A stretch of 17,599 bases of DNA from Candidatus Zixiibacteriota bacterium. GTDB taxonomy: Bacteria > Zixibacteria > MSB-5A5 > GN15 > FEB-12. Every line of letters starts with the position of its first letter. Within the stretch, counting starts at the first letter, position 1. Where the stretch lies: assembly GCA_041742355.1 (NCBI GenBank), contig JBGSIV010000061.1, forward strand, positions 1 to 17,599. The letters run 5' to 3'. Position numbers and translations under genes: made by a program. The notes under the pieces were generated by a model. It was not told where the DNA came from, did no database searches, and worked only from the letters and a program-made list of their open reading frames with translations. This document shows, in pieces, positions 1-6,128 of this stretch.

Positions 1-451
1 CCCAGATCGCGGCGGCATCGGTGCGGACGATCGGGGTGCCGAGGCAGCCGAGGCCGCCGTACATGTTGGAGTGGCTGTCGGAGGCGACGACCATGGTGCC
101 GGGCCAGGCGTAGCCTTCCTCGCACATGATCTGGTGGCCGATGCCGCGGCCGGCGGGGTAGAAATCGATGCCGTGGGTGGCGGCGAAGGCCTCGATCTTC
201 TTGTATTTGGCGAGGTTGGTGTCGGTGGTGTCCTGGACGTTATGGTCTAATGTGAACACCGGCTGGCGGGGGTTGGCGATTTTCGAGGCGCCGATCGAGG
301 CGAATTTGGGAATGACGGCGCCGGTGTTGTCGTGGGTCATGACGTGGGCCGGTTTGATGGAGAGGTAGTCGCCAGCGCGGACGACGTGGTTGGGTTCGAG
401 GCCGACGGCGTAGAGCTGGGCGATTTTCTCGACGAGGTTTTGCTGGGGCAT
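1..451 (-). CDS. lysF: Homoaconitase (LYS4/LysF-type aconitase-family hydratase), N-terminal part, runs off the left edge
   Basis: Absent from the ORF track because it is truncated. Manual translation from ATG at 451: [17 protein letters not shown]...[15 protein letters not shown]...[10 protein letters not shown]...[59 protein letters not shown] and DSH are aconitase-family motifs; [21 protein letters not shown] is typical of LYS4-type homoaconitases. Confidence 0.85.
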   Translation of the reverse strand, partial: MPQQNLVEKIAQLYAVGLEPNHVVRAGDYLSIKPAHVMTHDNTGAVIPKFASIGASKIANPRQPVFTLDHNVQDTTDTNLAKYKKIEAFAATHGIDFYPAGRGIGHQIMCEEGYAWPGTMVVASDSHSNMYGGLGCLGTPIVRTDAAAIW

Positions 452-498
452 ATGGGTTCTCCGCTTGCGACGGTCGTAATATTCTTTCGGGTCTTTTC

Positions 499-526
499 GT
501 CACCCTGAGCGTAGTCGAAGGGTGAC
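499..526. repeat. REP-like palindrome family A, copy 1 (GTCACCCTGAGCGTAGTCGAAGGGTGAC)
   Basis: Terminal inverted arms GTCACCC/GGGTGAC; exact reverse complement of 3968-3995. Confidence 0.85.
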
Positions 527-652
527 GCGGTCAGGGTCGGATCGGGAGATCCCACAGCAAGCTGTGGGGTACTCAGCCAATACCGACAGGTTTATCCAGG
601 TCAATGTCGGATTCCGAGGAGCCTGACATTCAAGAGAGCGTTTTATTCAACC

Positions 653-749
653 AGTCAAGCACGCAGAGCCGTGCTTGACCTACCATCCATTAAAGTCAGC
701 GTCGTCAAGTCGGGTTTCTCGGCGCGGAGCGCCTCGGAACCCGACCTAC
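653..749. repeat. Composite GTAG-type REP doublet, family B, copy 1
   Basis: Palindromes GTCAAGCACG..CGTGCTTGAC-CTAC and GTCGGGTT...AACCCGAC-CTAC, each with a CTAC (GTAG on -) foot. Direct repeat of 4103-4202, with the first 32 nt identical. Confidence 0.8.
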
Positions 750-834
750 GTGCTACGTGCTGACCTACGGGGACAATATAGTCAGTAATCGGTGGATAGT
801 TCAAGGGGTAGATGCGATAGATGTGATAGGGACG

Positions 835-859
835 CACGGACACGCTCTGCGTGTCCGTG
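835..859. repeat. REP-like hairpin family D, copy 1
   Basis: Perfect 11-bp stem CACGGACACGC-TCT-GCGTGTCCGTG; related to 1758-1781 in opposite orientation. Confidence 0.65.
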
Positions 860-877
860 GCACAAAGGCAAAGACCG

Positions 878-908
878 GGACTGGATCCCGGGTCGGAGCC
901 GGGATGAC
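878..908. repeat. REP-like palindrome family C, copy 1 (GGACTGGATCCCGGGTCGGAGCCGGGATGAC)
   Basis: Near-identical to 15413-15444. Confidence 0.75.
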
Positions 909-1039
909 GGTATCTATACGTCACAGCATAGCAGGCCCATACGTCGCAGCCGGTTAGTGGCAGGAGCCTCGGGGTCTCCTGCCCAACAATGTGCTGCCCT
1001 ACCGCTTTCAGTGGGATCCCCCGGCCCCATATCCACCCT

Positions 1040-1392
1040 TCACTCAAACCGCTTCTCATACTTCGGCTGCTACAACTCCACCCGCACACCCCCGCCATCA
1101 CGAAATGAAGCACCCACCCGTACCCGCGGTCCTCAACCTCGTCGATAAATTCCACCGCGCGCCCCTGCAACTCTACGACTGTCCGGTGAATATCGTCGCA
1201 GTAAGACGAAATGTAGTGCTGCCCCGAGACATTCCTCTGTGAGAGATCCACCGGATGGCACCCCATATCAGCTTCCGGCGCTTCGAAAGTCAGCCCCCCC
1301 GCTGACATCGGTCGCCCGATAGCCGAGCTCGTCGCGAAAATATGCCCGGAGTTCCTCCGGCCGCGACGTATAGAACATCGTGTGAACCCCTG
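1040..1392 (-). pseudogene. VOC/glyoxalase (extradiol dioxygenase-like) family pseudogene
   Basis: Stitching three segments gives GVHTMFYTSRPEELRAYFRDELGYRATDVSGG / LTFEAPEADMGCHPVDLSQRNVSGQHYISSYCDDIHRTVVELQGRAVEFIDEVEDRGYGWVLHFVMAG / GVRVEL*QPKYEKRFE*. Frameshifts fall at G runs near 1294-1300 and 1089-1093, there is an in-frame TAG at 1070-1072, and no start codon lies at the expected place. Confidence 0.75.
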
Positions 1393-1757
1393 TAACCTCT
1401 CCGCCGCCCCGAACCCGGCCCCCACGCGCCGTCCCTCGTTACACTCAACCGTCATAATCGACGCTTTAAATCCAAATTGCAACTCCTCCGCACCGCGATC
1501 CGAAAAACCCGCCTTCTCGGGCCCACCCGCGGCCATTTCTATTACGAAAGCTCCCAAGACAAGCCGTACTACTGCGACGGCCTCGTAATCGAAGGCTGCT
1601 GAAACCGACTCCTGAGGCAAATAATCCCTGAGTAGGGCAGTGTCCCGCCCCTGCGCTCCCGTCGCTGTCCTCACATAGCGGAGAGGAGCTGCAGTTGTGC
1701 GGAGAGCGACCGCCATTATGAGCGTCGCGAGGCAATATCTCCCAATTGACTATGCGC

Positions 1758-1781
1758 CATGGACAAACTCGTTTGTCCGTG
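1758..1781. repeat. REP-like hairpin family D, copy 2
   Basis: CATGGACAAAC-TC-GTTTGTCCGTG stem; related to 835-859. Confidence 0.6.
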
Positions 1782-1957
1782 CTTGCCCACCTGCTTCACG
1801 AACACCTTCCTCCTCGTTACTGAGGACTCCACAGTTGTCATTCAGTAGCATTGGTGCCGAATCCCGGGGATTTGACTTCAATCTGTTGTTTACCTCTTGA
1901 CCTCGAAGTTCAACTCCTCTCACGCGCTTGACATTGGCAAGGTGCCACTGGAACTCC

Positions 1958-2251
1958 TCACTTTCCGATAGATCCGATCAGGTAGCCTAGGAGCCAACCA
2001 GCAATGATACACCCAATTACCCAAGCAATGAAGACCCCGAATGGCTCAAAAATCGCTGACCATGAATGATCGCCGGCATGCCTGTTGACCTCTGCAGTTC
2101 CCAGACATTCAAGGCATCCTTGTACGCTACCGCCAATACCAAAGAAGACTGCAAGGATCCGCCCAAAGGTTTTGCCTCGCTCCTCACGCTGGCTCTTGGC
2201 GTTCTTCGCCCCCAACGTCAGAAGCTCCTCAAGCTTGCCAAGTTTTTTCAA
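1958..2251 (-). CDS. Charged helix plus two TM segments; probably the frameshifted C-terminus of the 2229-3248 protein
   Basis: KKLGKLEELL...SQREERGK followed by two hydrophobic segments. TTG start overlaps the end of the upstream ORF in the +1 frame at TTTGAAAAAA. Confidence 0.5.
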   Translation of the reverse strand: MKKLGKLEELLTLGAKNAKSQREERGKTFGRILAVFFGIGGSVQGCLECLGTAEVNRHAGDHSWSAIFEPFGVFIAWVIGCIIAGWLLGYLIGSIGK

Positions 2252-3248
2252 ATCTCTCCAACTCCTGTGTCTTATGAACAGTTGTGATATAAGAATCTGG
2301 CGGCTGATCTCTTAGCGACATGAGCTGATCATAGATATGGCCAAATCGTTCTCCTATCCATTTGTCGGCACCCCTTTTCCTTAAGTCACTCATAGCTGTA
2401 GAGAGGTCTCTGTGGCTCTGCCTCAGAATTGCTCTCTTCTGATCGTGTAATTCCCGCAAAGCGAGATTGGCCGAGTCACGAACTGGTAGCAACTCCGGGT
2501 CCACGAGCGCCTTTGCATAAAACAACGGATAGACTTCGATGGCCTCACGCAAATGCTGCTTCACTCTCGAAAGACAGTCCTCGGAACACGATCGTCCCTG
2601 GGACGCAATTGCTGTGGCGCTGTAGTAATGCGCTTCGGCAAATGCTGCAAAATGAGAAAGAGCTTCACTGTACAAAGAAAGTGCTTCTTCTTGCCTTCCT
2701 AAGCTCGCAGAGCACCGTCCCTCAAGCAGTAAAGCTTGAGCCTGTTGAAGCTTTGTTTCTGCGGCCACCATGCCCAAGTGAAACGTGTCTTTGGCTATTT
2801 CAAGTTCATGAGTCTCGACATATGCGTATCCCAGCGCTATATATGTTCGGTAGAATGATGGATCGATTTGGCGCGCCTCTTGGAGCTTTCTTATGGCCTC
2901 ACTCGCCATCCGGCGATCTAACCTGCTTCTTTGAAGGCACGTATAGCCGATATTGTAATGATCTCTGGCGGCAACAGCTATGGGATGAAGGGCGATGCCA
3001 ATTAAAGTATCAACTTGTTCTCGGATTGCGGCAAATTCGAAGCACAGTACGTCAGTCAAGTCGCGAATAGCCTCAGTAGTAGCCCGTGATTCAATAGCAA
3101 TTTGTTCCAGCTGGGAGTACAGGAAAGAATTGTCCGCGTTTGCCTGTTTAGAAAGCTTCCCCACTAGTGTTCCCACGGACCTAACCGCGCGTGTAGGGCA
3201 GCCATATACTTGATGAGCACTAGATCCGCAATAGAAGCAGCTCGGCAT
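2229..3248 (-). CDS. TPR-repeat protein with N-terminal CCHC zinc knuckle (possibly frameshifted near 2243-2252)
   Basis: SD AGGAGG precedes the ATG. CFYCGSSAHQVYGC matches CX2CX4HX4C. TPR-like helices: ARQIDPSFYRTYIALGYAYVE, LGRQEEALSLYSEAL, FAEAHYYSA, LREAIEVYP. About 50% GC in a sampled line versus about 63% in a cytochrome-gene line. Confidence 0.75.
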   Translation of the reverse strand: MPSCFYCGSSAHQVYGCPTRAVRSVGTLVGKLSKQANADNSFLYSQLEQIAIESRATTEAIRDLTDVLCFEFAAIREQVDTLIGIALHPIAVAARDHYNIGYTCLQRSRLDRRMASEAIRKLQEARQIDPSFYRTYIALGYAYVETHELEIAKDTFHLGMVAAETKLQQAQALLLEGRCSASLGRQEEALSLYSEALSHFAAFAEAHYYSATAIASQGRSCSEDCLSRVKQHLREAIEVYPLFYAKALVDPELLPVRDSANLALRELHDQKRAILRQSHRDLSTAMSDLRKRGADKWIGERFGHIYDQLMSLRDQPPDSYITTVHKTQELERFEKTWQA

Positions 3249-3378
3249 GTTTCCTCCTGTCCGTCATCAAATAACTGCCAAAATATAATTCGTTTTTTGG
3301 CCGTGGCACTACGATACTTGGTTCTTCTCCGGTCGACAATCTTGCCCACCATAAATAGTGGGCCACTGAGAACACGTT

Positions 3379-3912
3379 CTACTTCACCAGATCAAAATCA
3401 ATGAAGTCGCAATGGTGGAAGATGATGCTCTCGGGGAGGCGTTTTTCCCCTTCGCCTTCTTTGCTGTGGGTGGCGATGATGTGCATCACTTCCGACGGCA
3501 CGCCGTGTTTGAAAGCGAGGCCGACGCCGGAGAACGGGTGGCGGATGTGTTTGCCGTAGTCGGACTTCTTCGGCTGACCATCGACGATTTCAAATTCCAT
3601 CAGCTTGCCGACATCGGCCAAAAGCGCGCCGGCGATGAGGAAGTCGCGGTTGACTCGGGTGCGGCGGTCGCCGTGGATGGCGATGAGGACGTCGTCGCAG
3701 GCGAGGCACATGCGGCAGACAGCGCGGACGTGGTCGATGAAGGTGATCTTGACGTTCTGCGCCAACAGCGTGAAGGGGATGTTGCGCAGGAGGTCTTCGG
3801 TCCAGCCGCGGAATTTGATGGCGTCTTCCCAGCAGGCGATGGTTTTCTGGCGGAGCCCGGGGTCTTTGATTTCGTTGACCTCCGGGAGGAGGCGGGTTAC
3901 AAGGTCGGACAT
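3379..3912 (-). CDS. HD/HDIG-domain metal-dependent phosphohydrolase-like protein (AD in place of HD)
   Basis: Motifs IDHVRAV, GALLADVGKLME, IRHPFSG, HIIATHSKEG, IFHHCDFIDF; GC-rich codon usage; GAGG SD. Confidence 0.85.
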   Translation of the reverse strand: MSDLVTRLLPEVNEIKDPGLRQKTIACWEDAIKFRGWTEDLLRNIPFTLLAQNVKITFIDHVRAVCRMCLACDDVLIAIHGDRRTRVNRDFLIAGALLADVGKLMEFEIVDGQPKKSDYGKHIRHPFSGVGLAFKHGVPSEVMHIIATHSKEGEGEKRLPESIIFHHCDFIDFDLVK

Positions 3913-3967
3913 GGGTACCTCGTTGGTATCGTTAGTTGTTGTTCGTCATGTTTCAGCATTGCCTGTT

Positions 3968-3995
3968 GTCACCCTTCGACTACGCTCAGGGTGAC
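3968..3995. repeat. REP-like palindrome family A, copy 2
   Basis: GTCACCCTTCGACTACGCTCAGGGTGAC, the reverse complement of 499-526. Confidence 0.85.
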
Positions 3996-4066
3996 GAGGG
4001 CAGTGTCGTATCTCGAGATCCGGGAGCACGCCGTGGGCGACCCGTTTCGCTCACCCTTCGGCTTCC

Positions 4067-4094
4067 GCCACCCTTCGACTACGCTCAGGGTGAC
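4067..4094. repeat. REP-like palindrome family A, copy 3
   Basis: GCCACCCTTCGACTACGCTCAGGGTGAC, one mismatch to copy 2. A degenerate fourth copy begins at 4208 (GTCACCCCTCGAGTCCGCTCA). Confidence 0.8.
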
Positions 4095-4102
4095 GGCCGA
4101 AA

Positions 4103-4202
4103 AGTCAAGCACGCAGAGCCGTGCTTGACCTACCTTCCATTCAATGCAGCGTCATCAAGTCGGGTTTCTCGGGACCGTTGGTCCCTCGGAACACCGACCT
4201 AC
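4103..4202. repeat. Composite GTAG-type REP doublet, family B, copy 2
   Basis: Direct repeat of 653-749, offset by 3450 nt. Confidence 0.8.
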
Positions 4203-4283
4203 TCGGCGTCACCCCTCGAGTCCGCTCACAGGCAGCGGCCTGGTCGGGCGACGAGGGCATCGGCCGGGCACGGGAGCCGCACA

Positions 4284-4313
4284 ATTATATATACAGGGGG
4301 CTGACGTTGCCAA
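4284..4313 (-). promoter_or_regulatory. Sigma70-type promoter facing the HD gene
   Basis: On the - strand: TTGGCA (4313-4308), 18 nt, then consensus TATAAT (4289-4284). Confidence 0.55.
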
Positions 4314-4422
4314 GAGGTTTAGGGGGAAGGAACGGTTCCATCCGGTGGCAAGATCTGCCGGGGAAGGCAAAGGTGGTTGCAGGAGAATATCTTAGCGAAA
4401 CACCACTAAGTTGTACCTGTTT

Positions 4423-4440
4423 TCGTGAAAAGGTTCACAA
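4423..4440. promoter_or_regulatory. Rex-type operator upstream of the tetR-decaheme-porin unit
   Basis: TCGTGAA-AAGG-TTCACAA matches 13 of 14 positions of the Rex consensus TTGTGAA-N4-TTCACAA. Confidence 0.65.
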
Positions 4441-4468
4441 AAAAGTGGGGTGAATGGTAGCTTTTTGC

Positions 4469-4511
4469 TTGACGGTTTCCGATAAGAACTGTTAGTTAGC
4501 GATAACTAACA
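4469..4511 (+). promoter_or_regulatory. Promoter (-35 TTGACG) overlapped by a perfect palindrome, the likely TetR operator
   Basis: TTGACG at 4469-4474. TGTTAGTTA-GCGA-TAACTAACA at 4490-4511 covers the expected -10/+1 region, 12 nt before the tetR ATG. Confidence 0.65.
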
Positions 4512-4523
4512 TAGGGGTATGGT

Positions 4524-5126
4524 ATGGCGACTGGAACAGACCGAAAAGCGCAAATCCTCGACGGGGCGACGCGGCTGTTTGCCGAGCAGGGGTACGGGGG
4601 GATGACGATGAAGATGCTTGCGACTGAGTGCGGCATCACCGAGCCGGCGCTGTACCGTCATTATGCCTCGAAGGAAGCATTGTACGAGGCGGTGCTGGAG
4701 ACGCTGGCGGCGCGGCTTAATTCGGAGGCGTTTTTCGCCAGTGTGAGCAGATCGGCGGGGCTCGAGGAGGTGCTGTCGGGATTGGCGGAGCATGTGGTGG
4801 AGTACTACACGCGCAACGCTGACACCTACCGGTTGCTGCTTTTTTCGGCGCTCAACGGCCATGCGAAGGCGAAGCAGGTGTTCACGGTACTGCGAGGGGC
4901 GTACGTGAAGTTCCTGGTCGGGCACTTGGACCGTCTATACGCAGAGGGGAAGATCGTGAAGAAGAATAACGAGATTACGGCGCGATGCTTTGTCGGGATG
5001 GTGTTTGATTGTGCGCTGTCGTTCACGCTGTGGCGGGGGTTTTACGGCAAGGTGTACCGGCCGGAAGAGACGATTGCGAACAATGTGCCCATTTACGTTC
5101 GGGGGCTGACGACTGAATCAGTTTAA
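4524..5126 (+). CDS. TetR/AcrR family transcriptional regulator
   Basis: N-terminal HTH RKAQILDGATRLFAEQGYGGMTMKMLATECGITEPALYRHYASKEALY; 200 aa. Confidence 0.95.
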   Translation: MATGTDRKAQILDGATRLFAEQGYGGMTMKMLATECGITEPALYRHYASKEALYEAVLETLAARLNSEAFFASVSRSAGLEEVLSGLAEHVVEYYTRNADTYRLLLFSALNGHAKAKQVFTVLRGAYVKFLVGHLDRLYAEGKIVKKNNEITARCFVGMVFDCALSFTLWRGFYGKVYRPEETIANNVPIYVRGLTTESV

Positions 5127-5177
5127 GAAGTTGCTACAACTGGCTCTATACAGCATGCACCACTCAGAGGAGGTCCC

Positions 5178-6119
5178 ATGGGTTGCTTCCTGAAAGGAGA
5201 AGGCCGGGCGATGCGTCTTGTGCTGCTTCTGGCAGTGCCGTCGTTCGGGCTTTTCTTTGCCGGTAACCTATCGGCGGGCGTTGCCAACAGCGCCTGCGCG
5301 GACTGTCACGAACTTAGTGAAACATTTCACAAAACTCCCCACGGGGTGTACTTCTCGCAGGATGCCGACCTGGCGGAGGCGAGTTGTGAAAAATGTCACG
5401 GTTCGGCGGTCGATCATCTCAATTCGGGCGATCCGAAAGACATACTGAATCCGGCCAAGATGGATCAGTTCGGGTCGTCGTTCTTGTGCCTGAACTGCCA
5501 CAAAGGGCATCAGTTCGATGAATGGGCATTCAGCGCGCACAACACGGCCGGGGTGAAATGCGCCTCGTGCCACACGATTCACGCCGACTACACGGCCGAA
5601 AAGACATCGGAAACCGAGATGTGTTTCGGGTGTCACTCGGAAGTGCGGGCGTCGACGTTTATGCCGTCGCATCACCCGATTGCCGAAGGCAAACTGACCT
5701 GCCGCGACTGCCACAACGTGCACGGCGGTGAGACGATGTTTGTCGAGGATCAGACAGCGGGCGAGTTGTGCTACTCGTGCCACGCGGAGAAGGAGGGGCC
5801 GTTCGTGTACGAGCACGCCCCGGTGCAGGAGGACTGCATGATCTGCCATTCGCCTCACGGGACGGTAGCGGACAACCTGCTCAAGCAATCGGAGCCGGCG
5901 CTGTGCCTGAACTGTCACTCGATGCACTTCCACGCGACAGTGGAGGGGGTCGAGGGGACGTTTATCCCGCCGGCCGAGCCCGACCGCGTGACCGAGTCGA
6001 CGTTGGGCGCCTGGAAGAGCGGCATGCTGACCAAGTGCTCGCAGTGCCACACGGCGGTGCACGGCAGCGACCTGCCGTCGCAAACGATCTCAACCGGCGG
6101 CAACGCCCTCACAAGGTAG
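5178..6119 (+). CDS. mtrA: MtrA/DmsE-family periplasmic decaheme c-type cytochrome
   Basis: Ten CXXCH (CADCH, CEKCH, CLNCH, CASCH, CFGCH, CRDCH, CYSCH, CMICH, CLNCH, CSQCH). Family motifs PSHHPIAEG, CHAEKEGPFVYEHAPVQEDC, CHTAVHGSD. Signal peptide present; SD GGAGG before 5178, alternative ATG at 5211. Confidence 0.93.
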   Translation: MGCFLKGEGRAMRLVLLLAVPSFGLFFAGNLSAGVANSACADCHELSETFHKTPHGVYFSQDADLAEASCEKCHGSAVDHLNSGDPKDILNPAKMDQFGSSFLCLNCHKGHQFDEWAFSAHNTAGVKCASCHTIHADYTAEKTSETEMCFGCHSEVRASTFMPSHHPIAEGKLTCRDCHNVHGGETMFVEDQTAGELCYSCHAEKEGPFVYEHAPVQEDCMICHSPHGTVADNLLKQSEPALCLNCHSMHFHATVEGVEGTFIPPAEPDRVTESTLGAWKSGMLTKCSQCHTAVHGSDLPSQTISTGGNALTR

Positions 6120-6128
6120 GAGGAACCG

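Noticed and set aside
1070..1072. TAG as pyrrolysine or read-through
   Set aside because: It sits in a gene with two frameshifts and no start codon, one base from a Tyr codon; ordinary decay is simpler.
1399..1602. Plus-strand peptide ending GHFYYESSQDKPYYCDGLVIEGC* as a gene remnant
   Set aside because: Looks protein-like, but has no credible start or SD and I do not recognise a family; a tBLASTn search would be needed.
655..1716. 353-aa minus-strand ORF as a real protein
   Set aside because: Chimera of repeat-derived sequence and one frame of the VOC pseudogene.
3412..4128. 238-aa plus-strand ORF containing a repeated HPSTTLRVT
   Set aside because: Antisense shadow of the HD gene; the peptide repeat is the translation of REP family A copies.
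499..4259. CRISPR array or composite transposon formed by the 28-bp repeats
   Set aside because: Copies are irregularly spaced and in mixed orientation, with no cas gene, transposase or evident target-site duplication.
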